Shown: positions 48,352 through 59,232, counted from the first letter of the stretch. The stretch is DNA of 64,000 bases from Vicinamibacteria bacterium (GCA_031392925.1 JANMVV010000009.1:7979-71978); one strand, 5' to 3'. The notes: generated by a model from the sequence alone, not told the origin. Numbers and translations: made by a program.

Positions 48352-50403
48352 TCAGTGCTGACCGCCGCCCGCCGCGGTGGTGGCCGAACCCATGTACTTC
48401 ACGTTCTTGAAGTTCATCTCGATGTCCACCTTGGTGATGGTTCGGTCCATCTGTGGCATCTCACCCTTGACCGTACGGTGCACCGGCATCCACCACTTCC
48501 CGTTCTTCTGGAAGAGGTCGTCGTAGACCATGGTGCCGAGGGGGATCTTCTTGTCGCCCATCATCATGTAGAACTCGACCGGGTAGTAGTTCGCGATGTA
48601 GCGGCCGTCCTCGGTGCGGATGTTGCGCTCCTGGTTGATGAGGAACTCGATGGGTCCGCCGAGCTTCCGGGTCAGCTTCTTCACTTCCTTCTTCTTGGGA
48701 TCGATCAGATACCAGGAGCCCATCGCGGTGTCTCCTTCGATTCGCATCTCCACCATGCCGTCGGGACGCTTGTTGTTGACCATCTTGAACCCGGCCTTGC
48801 CCACTCCGTACTTGTCCTCGAAGTTCTCGTAGGCGCGGTGGGTGATGAACTGGGAGACATAGGCCTTGGCTTCGGAACGAAGCTGGCCGTCGCACTTCTC
48901 GCAATCGAAGTCGAGGACGAGGTTCTTGTCGATGGAAACCCTCGCCATCACCGCGGGCTTGCCCAGATTGATGATTTCGAGGTCGGCGGTGAGGCCGGGG
49001 AAACCGTTGTCCCAGATGTAGCGATTCAGGGACGCAGCCTTGAAGATGGCGCGCGCCTCGGGGTCGTCGGTCAGCTCGGCGGCCTTCGCGTTCACGCGGT
49101 TCGCCAGATGCGGCTCTACGTCCGCGACTTTCTGGATCAGGTCGCCCTGGAGTTTGGCCTTCTTGAGCCGGGATACCAGGGCGATGCCCCGCTTGCCCGT
49201 GAGGCGGTCGACATGGCTGTAGTCCATGCCCACGATGCCCACTCCCTTGGCGAAGTAGTAGGTCTGGGTCGAGAGCGATTTGGTGGTCTCCCACGAGAGC
49301 GTGGTCTTCAGGACTTCGAAGGTCCCCATGGGGGTCTCGAGCGTCTCCATGCCGTCGATCCTCGACGTCCACGTCTGCAGGCGCTTGGTCCGATCCGTGA
49401 CTCCCTCGGGCTGTTCGGACATCGGCTCGCTCCACCGGTAGTCCTTGCCGAAGACCTGATTGGCGCGAACGACGGACACCGCCGGCTGGTACGACAGGAT
49501 GGTTCCGCCCGGGCGATTCTCGAAACTCGAGTGCATCTGAATCCCGTTGTTCGGATCGTAGGTATAAAGCTGGTAGCTGCCCTTGTTGTCGATGAGCTTG
49601 TAGGCGGCGGTGCGGCCGGCGAAGTCGGTGCCCGCGAACGAACGGGTGCGGTCTTCGGTCCGCTTGGTGCCGTCCTGCATGTAATACGTCCATTCGTAGG
49701 TCCACTCGTCGGCCTGGAAGTACGGGAAGTACGCGCCGATGTCGGCGGTCATCGTCCCGCCGACCTGCCGGCCCGAGACTTTCGCGGAGATGAGCTCGCG
49801 ATCGAAGCGCAGGGTCTGGCCCGCCTTCGGCGAATAGATCATGAACTCCTTCTTGACCGGGCCGATGCCCTTGGCGAGCCAGGTGATGGAGGTGAAGGTC
49901 GAGCCGCCCGGGTTGATGTACTTGAAGGTCGCCTTGAGGCAGTCCTTGAATTCGCCCGCGGGGATCGAGATGGACTCGTAGCCGTCGAGGATCACTTCGC
50001 TGCCGCGCACCGAGCCGTCCGAGATCTTGTGGGCGTTCTGGTAAACCTTCCCGAACGCATTCCGCGCGTTGTAGAACTCAAAGGGCGGATCGTTGGTGAC
50101 GAGGCCCTTGTCCTCTTCCTCGCCGTAGTGGAGGTACTTGTCCGCCTCGATGCGGAAGAGATAGTACCAACCCTTCTGGTCGATGAGCTTCTTGGCCTTG
50201 GTGCCATCGGGCATGTCGACCTCACCCTTGATAGTGAAGGTCTTGGTGCTGTAGTTGACCTGCCCGTCGGGCTGGTAGTTGTGGAACTGATAGGTCCACG
50301 AGTCTCCTTCGCCGGTCGGGTAGTACTCCTGGAGGTTGATGCCCTGCGCGGAAGCCGAAGCCGCCGCACCGGCAAGGACGAGAGATAGCAGGGTGGAACG
50401 CAT
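48352..50403 (-). CDS. hypothetical secreted protein, Lys/Tyr/Trp/Asn-rich with internal duplication
   Basis: 683 aa. Signal peptide MRSTLLSLVLAGAAASASAQG. Residue diversity is clearly coding (unlike the antisense ORF). Repeated W-TY-x-Y-DG segments at the N-terminus and mid-protein. Local GC is visibly lower than its neighbours. Confidence 0.6.
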   Translation of the reverse strand: MRSTLLSLVLAGAAASASAQGINLQEYYPTGEGDSWTYQFHNYQPDGQVNYSTKTFTIKGEVDMPDGTKAKKLIDQKGWYYLFRIEADKYLHYGEEEDKGLVTNDPPFEFYNARNAFGKVYQNAHKISDGSVRGSEVILDGYESISIPAGEFKDCLKATFKYINPGGSTFTSITWLAKGIGPVKKEFMIYSPKAGQTLRFDRELISAKVSGRQVGGTMTADIGAYFPYFQADEWTYEWTYYMQDGTKRTEDRTRSFAGTDFAGRTAAYKLIDNKGSYQLYTYDPNNGIQMHSSFENRPGGTILSYQPAVSVVRANQVFGKDYRWSEPMSEQPEGVTDRTKRLQTWTSRIDGMETLETPMGTFEVLKTTLSWETTKSLSTQTYYFAKGVGIVGMDYSHVDRLTGKRGIALVSRLKKAKLQGDLIQKVADVEPHLANRVNAKAAELTDDPEARAIFKAASLNRYIWDNGFPGLTADLEIINLGKPAVMARVSIDKNLVLDFDCEKCDGQLRSEAKAYVSQFITHRAYENFEDKYGVGKAGFKMVNNKRPDGMVEMRIEGDTAMGSWYLIDPKKKEVKKLTRKLGGPIEFLINQERNIRTEDGRYIANYYPVEFYMMMGDKKIPLGTMVYDDLFQKNGKWWMPVHRTVKGEMPQMDRTITKVDIEMNFKNVKYMGSATTAAGGGQH

Positions 50404-50413
50404 GGATGTCTCC

Positions 50414-51028
50414 TTAGGAATTCTTCTTGGCGATCTCGAGAATCAGCAGGTACAGCTCCTCGGCCTGGGCCGGGGTGATCTTTCCGGCATGGCCGATCAT
50501 CTTGTCCTTGCCGTTGAGAATGATGTTCACGAGCTCGGCCTTCTGGGCGGACCGGGTGGCGAGCCACTGCCTGGTCGCCCAGGCGGGCACGCCCTGCAGG
50601 GGGTCGCCGTCGCCGAGCTTGCCATGGCACTTCGTGCACTCGGCCCGGTAGTAGGCGGCGACGCTCCAGGGAGCCGCCGGCTCGGCCGGACCCTTCGTTT
50701 CCGAAGGCGGCCCTGGGTTTGCAGGGGCCTGCGAACCTCCGTCCGCCGCGCTCGACGAAGCGGCGGCGGCGAAGAGATTCGGGTAATCCTTGATCAGGCC
50801 CTCGGTGAACTCGAGGCCCGCATGCTCATACTTCTCACCGAAGGCCGTGAGCTTCCCCGAACCGTTGGCGTTGGTATGGCACACCACGCACTTGTCGCGG
50901 TTCGCCGCAACCGCGCGCGGGTGCGCGTTGTACAGATCCATCAGGCGGGGCATCGACGAGACCGGAAGGGTCACGAGAAAGGTCAGGCTCAGGGCGCCCA
51001 GGGCGAGGCGGGTGGAGAGAGAACTCAA
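50414..51028 (-). CDS. dihaem c-type cytochrome, secreted
   Basis: 204 aa. Signal peptide. CVVCH and CTKCHG haem-binding motifs. Confidence 0.75.
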   Translation of the reverse strand: MSSLSTRLALGALSLTFLVTLPVSSMPRLMDLYNAHPRAVAANRDKCVVCHTNANGSGKLTAFGEKYEHAGLEFTEGLIKDYPNLFAAAASSSAADGGSQAPANPGPPSETKGPAEPAAPWSVAAYYRAECTKCHGKLGDGDPLQGVPAWATRQWLATRSAQKAELVNIILNGKDKMIGHAGKITPAQAEELYLLILEIAKKNS

Positions 51029-51471
51029 GGTCGGCCTCCGTTAGGGCGGGGGTTTCTGGGGTGTCGCAGCTCAATGTGCTGGAAGAGAGTTCGCTGCTGC
51101 TCTTCGGTCAGCAGGGGTCGCAGTTCGACGAGGTTCCGCGCCACTTCCTGATCGAGCTCGGATTCGAGGCGGGCCACTTCCTGGAGCGACCCTTTGACCG
51201 CGGCCTCATCGAGGACGCCCGGAGCAGCCAGAAGTGACGCGAGCTCCTGCCGCTTCGCGTCGACCGCGGCCTGGTGCGCGAGCAGGTTCGGATGATGCGC
51301 CATCGCGATCTGGTGGATTTTCTCTTTCTGCTCGGCGCTGAGATTGAGGACATCGAACGGGTCGTCCGACGTGGCCCGAACCGGGGCGCGCCAGGCATGA
51401 ACGCCGTAGGTGACGGCGAACGAGACGAGCCCGGCGAGCAGGACGGTGGCGAGTGTGGATCTGATTCGCAT
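51025..51471 (-). CDS. periplasmic CpxP/Spy/ZraP-family (LTXXQ motif) stress protein
   Basis: 148 aa. Signal peptide. LNLSAEQKEKI and LLTEEQQRTL fit the LTXXQ repeat pattern. 4-nt overlap with the cytochrome c gene. Confidence 0.55.
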   Translation of the reverse strand: MRIRSTLATVLLAGLVSFAVTYGVHAWRAPVRATSDDPFDVLNLSAEQKEKIHQIAMAHHPNLLAHQAAVDAKRQELASLLAAPGVLDEAAVKGSLQEVARLESELDQEVARNLVELRPLLTEEQQRTLFQHIELRHPRNPRPNGGRP

Positions 51472-51504
51472 TAGTGGAAGGATGCCTGCCCCATCGTCCT
51501 GGTC

Positions 51505-51882
51505 TCAGGGCTGACCCGGAGGCGGAGCCACTTTCTCGTAGAAGGAAGAGAGGGTTTCGGAAGGCGCCGCGGAAAGGCGCAAGGGCGGCGGCTGGACCTG
51601 CCGAGCCTTCGGAGTCAGGAAAACGTTGGTGGCGACACTGGCCACGAGTGCCGCGGCCACGGACAACGAAGCGGCGAACGTGCGGGCCCGGGTCCTCGGC
51701 GACGAGGCGGCCTGCGCTCGGGACATGATGTCATCGGCAAGGCCGTAGCGGCCAAGGCGAAACTCGCACGAGGCGCACCCGGGGAGGTGGGCCACGACCC
51801 TCCGGTACTCATCAGGCGGAAGTTCCCCATCCCTGAAACGGGAAAGGGTTTCGCCATCGACCGGGCAGAGGGAGTCCATGCG
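51505..51882 (-). CDS. anti-sigma factor, zinc-finger (zf-HC2) type, single TM
   Basis: Start trimmed to MDSLCPVDGE. HLPGCASC is the zf-HC2 motif, followed by a TM helix. Immediately downstream of an ECF sigma gene. Confidence 0.55.
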   Translation of the reverse strand, partial: RMDSLCPVDGETLSRFRDGELPPDEYRRVVAHLPGCASCEFRLGRYGLADDIMSRAQAASSPRTRARTFAASLSVAAALVASVATNVFLTPKARQVQPPPLRLSAAPSETLSSFYEKVAPPPGQP

Positions 51883-51917
51883 TTCTTTGGGAGAAACACC
51901 GCCCGCGGGGAAATATT

Positions 51918-52481
51918 TCAGTCCCGAAGAAATCGGGCCAAAGTTTCGCGGCCACGGAAGATCGCGTTCGCGACGTCGGATTCCGTGCAATCGAGCGTTT
52001 TCGCTATTTCCCGGTACGACCGACCCTCAGCCGCCTTCAGCCACAACGCCCTCCTCTGCCGCTCCGGCAGGTTCGCGAGAGCTCGGCGCACTTCCTTGAG
52101 TTCGAGCGCCTTTTCCGGCGTCGCCTGCGAGGGGCGGTCGTTCGCGGCCTCGAGAGCCACCTCAGGTCGACGCTGCCGTGCGCGGATCACGTTGAGGGAC
52201 AGCCGTCGCGCGATGGTGTAGAGCCAGGAGACGAACTGGCCGCGGCCCTCATAGGCGCGGGCGTGGTCGACCAGTCGAACGAACGTCTCCTGGGCAATAT
52301 CCTCGGCGTGGCCCGAGTCGCGGGTCAGGCGCGCGCTCATGCGCACCAGGCGGTCGCGGTGGCGAGCGATCAGCGACTCGAGGGCCGATTCTGATCCGCT
52401 CGCGACCTGGGCCATGAGCTCATCGTCGACGAGGCGATCCGCGATCATTGGACCGGCGGCGGGAACCAGGGCAGCACTCAT
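51918..52481 (-). CDS. ECF-type RNA polymerase sigma-70 factor
   Basis: Region 2 (DIAQETFVRL, YTIARR) and region 4 (LPERQRRALWLKAAEGRSYREIAKTL) motifs. Start is uncertain (52481 or 52448). Confidence 0.8.
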   Translation of the reverse strand: MSAALVPAAGPMIADRLVDDELMAQVASGSESALESLIARHRDRLVRMSARLTRDSGHAEDIAQETFVRLVDHARAYEGRGQFVSWLYTIARRLSLNVIRARQRRPEVALEAANDRPSQATPEKALELKEVRRALANLPERQRRALWLKAAEGRSYREIAKTLDCTESDVANAIFRGRETLARFLRD

Positions 52482-52504
52482 GGGAACAGGGTTATCCGGA
52501 CTGT

Positions 52505-53380
52505 CTACTCCTGCTCGCCTTGAAGAGTCAAGCAATCAGGGCGGGGCTCGGATCTCGCCTTCAGCCAGTCGGCGATCAGGACTCCCACCTCGTCGCCTTC
52601 GAAGTCGATGGGCAGGGCGTGAAACGCGCCCTTCATCTCGACGAACGTCTTGTCCTTCGAGGCAAAGCGGGGAAATGCGTCTCTCGTGCCCTGGATGGGG
52701 ACGACCCGATCCGCGGTTCCGTGAAGGACCAGAAGCGGCGTCTTCATGTGATCGGCGCGGGCATGGACACGCTCGATCGCCTCGATGGCCGCGACCGAAA
52801 GCGCGGGGGTGGTCCGGGGGCGCCAGAGAGGGTCGTCCCGGTAGGCTCGACAAACCGCCGGGTCGCGCACCAGCGCGCCGTCATCGATGCCGGGATCGAC
52901 GCTCATGGTCGGACAGAAGCGGGCCAGGAGGGGAAGGATGAGGCGAAGCAGGGGCGCCGTCCCGGAGATGTCCAGGGCCGGCGCCATGGCGACACAGGCC
53001 TGAACGCTCTCGGGCGCTTCAAGGGCGAAGTCGAGAGCCTGAAGGCCGCCGAACGAGAGGCCGATGAGCGAGGGGAGACGCCCGCACTGATCCTCGACGA
53101 GGTCCACGAACCGGGTGAGATCTTCGCGAAGCTCATCCCATGAAGCCGCGTAATTCGCGGGGCCGGCCGAGCGGCCTGAACCACGGCGGTCGAAGGCGAA
53201 GACCTCGAACTCCTGCTCGGCCAGAAACGAACCAAGCCGCAGATAGGGCATCGATCTCGAATGATCCCCGAGGCCGTGAATCAGAACCACCGGCCCCCGG
53301 CCGTTTCCTGGAACGTGAATCCGGTACGTGGAAAGGCTCAGACCATCCCGGGTGATGAACGACCCAAAAACCGTTTCCAA
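52505..53380 (-). CDS. alpha/beta hydrolase (lysophospholipase/monoacylglycerol lipase-like)
   Basis: 291 aa. HGLGDHS near the N-terminus, nucleophile elbow GLSFGG and a C-terminal His in HGTADRVV. Confidence 0.8.
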   Translation of the reverse strand: METVFGSFITRDGLSLSTYRIHVPGNGRGPVVLIHGLGDHSRSMPYLRLGSFLAEQEFEVFAFDRRGSGRSAGPANYAASWDELREDLTRFVDLVEDQCGRLPSLIGLSFGGLQALDFALEAPESVQACVAMAPALDISGTAPLLRLILPLLARFCPTMSVDPGIDDGALVRDPAVCRAYRDDPLWRPRTTPALSVAAIEAIERVHARADHMKTPLLVLHGTADRVVPIQGTRDAFPRFASKDKTFVEMKGAFHALPIDFEGDEVGVLIADWLKARSEPRPDCLTLQGEQE

Positions 53381-53385
53381 CTTCT

Positions 53386-53724
53386 CTAGTGCTTCTTGTC
53401 GCCGCCGGGCGGAATGAAGACCGGGAACGGGGAGATCGAACCGCCCTTTTCGGTTGAACCCACGATCTTGGAAATACCCTCGTGGTCCACTTCGTCGATC
53501 CGTATCACCGAATGCATGGGCACGTAGAACCTCTTCACGCCGGCGAACTCGTGCTTGAGGCTGTCCTCCGACGGGTCGATCAGCACCGAGGACTTCTGGC
53601 TCCAGAGCAGGTGGGCAACTTCGACGAAGCCGAACAGTTCCGCCGACCCGACGCTCTTCGCATAGAGCTCGTAAATCCGGCCCTGGCTCATGAAGGTGAT
53701 GCGGTAGACGCGGGGCACAGCCAT
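53386..53724 (-). CDS. DUF1820-like small protein (tentative)
   Basis: 112 aa. YRITFMSQGRIYELYA...GFVEV...LIDPSEDSLKHEFAGVKRFYVPMHSVIRIDEV matches my recollection of the DUF1820 consensus. 5 nt upstream of the hydrolase. Confidence 0.45.
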   Translation of the reverse strand: MAVPRVYRITFMSQGRIYELYAKSVGSAELFGFVEVAHLLWSQKSSVLIDPSEDSLKHEFAGVKRFYVPMHSVIRIDEVDHEGISKIVGSTEKGGSISPFPVFIPPGGDKKH

Positions 53725-53764
53725 GGAAGGACGCCTAGGTTACGCCGCTTCCACCTCCGCGCCC

Positions 53765-53790
53765 AGGTTTGGATCACAGGTTTGGATCAC
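53765..53790. repeat. perfect tandem direct repeat 2 x 13 bp (AGGTTTGGATCAC)
   Basis: Read directly at 53765-53777 and 53778-53790, in the intergenic region upstream of the DUF1820 gene. Confidence 0.6.
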
Positions 53791-53898
53791 CACGCACGCC
53801 TGACAGATCCGAAGCGGCGCGCTATCGCTTCAGTTTGGCCACGCCCCTGGCGAGTTGATGGTGTGCTCATCGCTCCTCACGCCGAACGCGGCGCCGGT

Positions 53899-54588
53899 CT
53901 AGAAGCGCAGCATGAAACCGCCCGACCACTCGATCTGGTTCGCATACTGGGCATTTGATGTGGTGTAGCACCCCCAGTAGGGGTCGCACCAGAAGCCGGT
54001 CGCATTTGACTTGATGCGGGACGAGGTCCAGCGACCCTCGAGGCGGATGCCAAACCTGTGGCTCGCCAAGAACTTGAGCCCGACGGCTCCCGTCCCGGAG
54101 AACTTCGTGTTCCCAACCACGCTCGCGACCACGGCCCCGTTGCTCGGGGAGTACTGAGTGGCCCCGAATCCGAGCAGAAGGTAGGGGCGGGCGATGGAAT
54201 CGTGCCCCAGGAAGTTATACGCGAAGTAGCCGTGATAGTTCCGGACGCGGACGTCTGCAATCTTGAGGCTCGACGTGCCCCCGAGGTCGAGATCGGTCGA
54301 TTGCTGGTTGAACAGGAAGCCGACCTCGCTATGGTCGGTGACGAGGTAGCCCAGACGCGCACCCCATGAGAACGCATTCAGGGGGTCGATCCGAGTGTAG
54401 ACCCCTAGACTAGCCACTTTGACGGCAGACCCGGAGACACCGTCGCTGAATGTCCAGCCCGCGCTGCCGCTGATCTCCACCCTCTTGTTTTCCTGCGCCG
54501 TCGTCGTGGCCGCGACTAACGCCGCCACCATGGTCGTGAGCATCGTCTTTCGAATCATAATGGTCCTCGGTTTCTTCATTTTGCGCAT
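53899..54588 (-). CDS. outer-membrane beta-barrel protein (OmpA-like/OmpW-like barrel)
   Basis: 229 aa. Signal peptide. Alternating hydrophobic beta-strand pattern and C-terminal aromatic residue (LRF). Start is uncertain among several in-frame Met. Confidence 0.55.
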   Translation of the reverse strand: MRKMKKPRTIMIRKTMLTTMVAALVAATTTAQENKRVEISGSAGWTFSDGVSGSAVKVASLGVYTRIDPLNAFSWGARLGYLVTDHSEVGFLFNQQSTDLDLGGTSSLKIADVRVRNYHGYFAYNFLGHDSIARPYLLLGFGATQYSPSNGAVVASVVGNTKFSGTGAVGLKFLASHRFGIRLEGRWTSSRIKSNATGFWCDPYWGCYTTSNAQYANQIEWSGGFMLRF

Positions 54589-54735
54589 AGGTTACGTGAA
54601 CGATGCGGTTGCGCGCGGCCACCTCAAATCCAGGGCACCGTCCCCGTGTCTCGCCCCCCCGACCTCCCACCGCGGGTCTAGAAGTCATGGGCCGAAACAG
54701 CCCACCCGCGCCCGCCACCCGCTCGGTCGGCGCCC

Positions 54736-55839
54736 TCAGGCCTGCTCGATCGAATCCGGCGGCGGCGCCAGGTTCGCCGAGGGGTTCAAAGTCACCGAGG
54801 TCAGACTCGCGTGGTAGCTCTGCACCAGCGCGGTCAGCAGGGCGGCGACGAGAGGCCCGATCACAATGCCGATGAAGCCGAAGGCGCTCAAGCCTCCCAG
54901 CAGGCTGAGCATCAGGACCGGCGTGCTTACCTGCGACTTGCCCGAGAGGAGCAGAGGGCGGATCACGTTGTCCACGTTGCCGAGGATGAGGATGCCCACG
55001 AGCAGAAGGGCGATGCCCTTGGTGACCGAACCGGAGAGGATGAGCCAGGCCGAGGCCGGGAGCCATATGAGCGTCGCGCCCATCATGGGCAGAAGGGCCA
55101 AGAAACCGATCATCACGCCCCAGAGCACGGCCCCCGGGATACCGAGGAGGGCGAAGGTGGTGCCGCCAATCAACGCCTGGATCGCAGCGATCGCGAGGGT
55201 TGCGGTCACGCTGGCCAGAACCAGGTCGTTGGTGATGGTCATGAGCCGCTCGTTCTGTTCGGGCTCGAAAGGCAGCACCCGGCCTAGATCGTCCCTGAAC
55301 GTGGCCCAGTCGCGGACAAGAAAGAACATCAGGACCAGCGTAATCGTGAGGGAGAAGAAGAAGCTGGCGAGACCCTTCAGCACGCCTCCGGCGCTGCCCG
55401 CGATGAACTGCGCGGCCGCCCCGATGCTGCTCGTGACCCTTGCGATGGCCTCGTCCTCGGGGGGCAACCCGGGCACTCTGTCCCGCAGCCACTGCCAGCC
55501 CTGGTGAAGCCACGCGGAGGGCCCGGATCCGTCGTGAAGCCGGGACTCGAGATAGGAGACGGCGGTGGAGCCTTCGGACAACAGGGTCGTGCCCACGAAG
55601 ATCACCGGCAGCACCAGCAGCACGACAACCAGCAGTGTCAGTACGAGCGCGGTGCGGGTGGGTCCAAGCCGGCGCTCCAGGCGCTTGCGAACGGGGTCGA
55701 GACAGATGGCGAGGACCAGCGCCCATCCGATCTCGACCAGGAACGGCTCGGCGACACGGTAGCCAAGCCAGAGAATGAGCGCGACTGCGCCATAGAACAC
55801 GATCCGCGAGCTGGGCTGGGGCTGAGGATTCTGCTGCAT
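54736..55839 (-). CDS. AI-2E family transporter (PerM/YhhT/TqsA-like)
   Basis: Start trimmed to MQQNPQPQPSS. Eight predicted TM helices. Conserved central motif and overall topology typical of UPF0118. Confidence 0.75.
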   Translation of the reverse strand: MQQNPQPQPSSRIVFYGAVALILWLGYRVAEPFLVEIGWALVLAICLDPVRKRLERRLGPTRTALVLTLLVVVLLVLPVIFVGTTLLSEGSTAVSYLESRLHDGSGPSAWLHQGWQWLRDRVPGLPPEDEAIARVTSSIGAAAQFIAGSAGGVLKGLASFFFSLTITLVLMFFLVRDWATFRDDLGRVLPFEPEQNERLMTITNDLVLASVTATLAIAAIQALIGGTTFALLGIPGAVLWGVMIGFLALLPMMGATLIWLPASAWLILSGSVTKGIALLLVGILILGNVDNVIRPLLLSGKSQVSTPVLMLSLLGGLSAFGFIGIVIGPLVAALLTALVQSYHASLTSVTLNPSANLAPPPDSIEQA

Positions 55840-56026
55840 TCGAGGCGCGAGAGTAACACGTGTTCCCGCCGGGCTTCGGTGACACCTCGCCGTCCCGTCG
55901 CCTCGCATTTTTTCGGCTGGGCACAGGTCCGCGATGCGGCGGACCCGAGGGGAGCTATTCGAAGGAACGCCACCGCCGAATCGGGGTCGGGTAATGAAAG
56001 TGGAGGGTGGTCGAGAACGTTCCGTT

Positions 56027-57406
56027 CTACACGCGACCGAGGACGTGCCGCAGCGCGGGCTCCAGCTTCGGATACGAGAACTCGAAACCCGAGTCGAGCG
56101 CCTTCTCTGGATTGACCCGCGCGCTCGCGAGGAGCAGGGGATCGGTCATTTCTCCCAGCAGCACCTCCAGCGCGAACCGGGGAACCGGAATGACCGCCGG
56201 CCTCTTGAGGACGCGACCGAGAACCCGCGTGAACTCGGCATTCGTCACCGGCTCGGGGGACGTGGCGTTCACGGGACCGCGGACGGAATCGTTCGTGAGG
56301 AGATGGTGGACGAGATAGAGCCAATCGTCGAGAGCGATGAAGCTCCACCACTGACGGCCGGAGCCGAGCGGTCCGCCAAAGCCCAGGACGAAGGGCAGGA
56401 GCATGGGCGTAAGCGCGCCCCCGGCCGGAGTGAGCACCAGCCCGGTGCGCAGGTGGACGACCCGAATGCCCGCGCCACTCGCGGGCTCGGTGGCACTCTC
56501 CCACTGCACGCAGACCTCGGGAAGAAATCCTTCGCCCCGGGGATCCGATTCGCGGAGGATCCGATCCCCGCGATCGCCGTAGTAACCCGTGGCGGACGCC
56601 GAGATGAGAACCGCGGGCGGCTTCTTAAGGGCCGCCAGGGTCTCCGCGAGCCTCCGGGTGAAGAGAACGCGCGAGTCCCGGATAAGCCGCTTCTTCGCCT
56701 CGGTCCAGCGCCCTTTGGCGATGGGATCCCCCGCGAGGTGAATGACCGCATCGAACCCCTCCATCTCCGAAGGGTGTGCCGCTCCCTTCTCCGGATCGAA
56801 CTCGATCTCGCGATCGTCGCTGGCCGGACGCCGGGTGAGCCGATGCACCTCGTGTCCGCCGCTCTCGAGAAACGAAACCAGGGCCCGGCCGACGAGCCCG
56901 GTGGAGCCGGTGATCAGAATGCGCATGGGGCCCCGGGTCGCCCGCGCGTGGACTGCGAGGTCCTTGGCCAGAACGCGATGGCGGTAGGCGAAGGTCGCTT
57001 CCAGCTTCCTTCGCACCAGTCCCGATCCGAAGAGATCGCCGAGGAAACCTCCAGGCACCACGTAGCGAATCTGATCCGCCATCACGCTCGAGGCGACTCC
57101 TTTTCGTTCGAATCGATGCGTGTGATCGAACAGATCGAAGGGTCCGGTGCGTTGGACATCTCGGAACAACTCGCCCTCGCGCACCTCCTCGAATTCGGAG
57201 AGCCAGACCATCTGAATTCCCGGAAGCACCGGCACGTGCAGTTCGACGGACTCCCCCACCCTGGGCGGCGCAAACGGCGAGATCACCCGCGGCTCTTCCC
57301 AGGGCGGAGCCAGGCGCTCGAACGCGCCGCGCCTCATATGCCAGGCCCAGGCGGTAGCGGCGTCCACCGGGAGGTCCGAACGGAGGAGAAATTCGCGGGT
57401 GGTCAA
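56027..57406 (-). CDS. SRPBCC domain fused to TIGR01777-family (YfcH-like) NAD-dependent epimerase/dehydratase
   Basis: Rossmann motif ILITGSTGLVGRAL in the middle. C-terminal DUF1731-like region. N-terminal 150 aa is START/SRPBCC-like. Start placed at an in-frame TTG (MTTREFLLRS). Confidence 0.6.
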   Translation of the reverse strand: MTTREFLLRSDLPVDAATAWAWHMRRGAFERLAPPWEEPRVISPFAPPRVGESVELHVPVLPGIQMVWLSEFEEVREGELFRDVQRTGPFDLFDHTHRFERKGVASSVMADQIRYVVPGGFLGDLFGSGLVRRKLEATFAYRHRVLAKDLAVHARATRGPMRILITGSTGLVGRALVSFLESGGHEVHRLTRRPASDDREIEFDPEKGAAHPSEMEGFDAVIHLAGDPIAKGRWTEAKKRLIRDSRVLFTRRLAETLAALKKPPAVLISASATGYYGDRGDRILRESDPRGEGFLPEVCVQWESATEPASGAGIRVVHLRTGLVLTPAGGALTPMLLPFVLGFGGPLGSGRQWWSFIALDDWLYLVHHLLTNDSVRGPVNATSPEPVTNAEFTRVLGRVLKRPAVIPVPRFALEVLLGEMTDPLLLASARVNPEKALDSGFEFSYPKLEPALRHVLGRV

Positions 57407-57515
57407 GGGTCGACTCTCAAAAGGGACAGGCCATGAAGCAAGGTGGGGGGCAATGTGAGAGTATCGCGGGCTGGCCGATCCAGGATATCGGCCCGTACGA
57501 ATCGAGGAGAACAAG

Positions 57516-59177
<1,662 letters not shown>

Positions 59178-59204
59178 GGTCCAGCCCAACCAACGATTGG
59201 CAGA

Positions 59205-59232
59205 GGGGCCGGCCCCAGCTATTTCTTAATAA
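59205..59232. terminator. candidate bidirectional intrinsic terminator between convergent ettA and S8 peptidase genes
   Basis: GGGGCCGGCCCC perfect 12-bp palindrome followed by AGCTATTTCTT on the plus strand. It lies 28 nt after the ettA stop and directly after the S8 stop. Confidence 0.35.

Noticed and set aside
48355-50388. 677-aa plus-strand ORF mirroring the 683-aa minus-strand gene
   Set aside because: Its V/L/D/G/H/R-rich composition is antisense-like. The minus-strand product has a signal peptide and diverse, K/Y/W/N-containing coding composition.
57466-57486. 7-bp stem hairpin GGCCGAT-N7-ATCGGCC in the ettA leader
   Set aside because: A small stem of modest stability with no other support.
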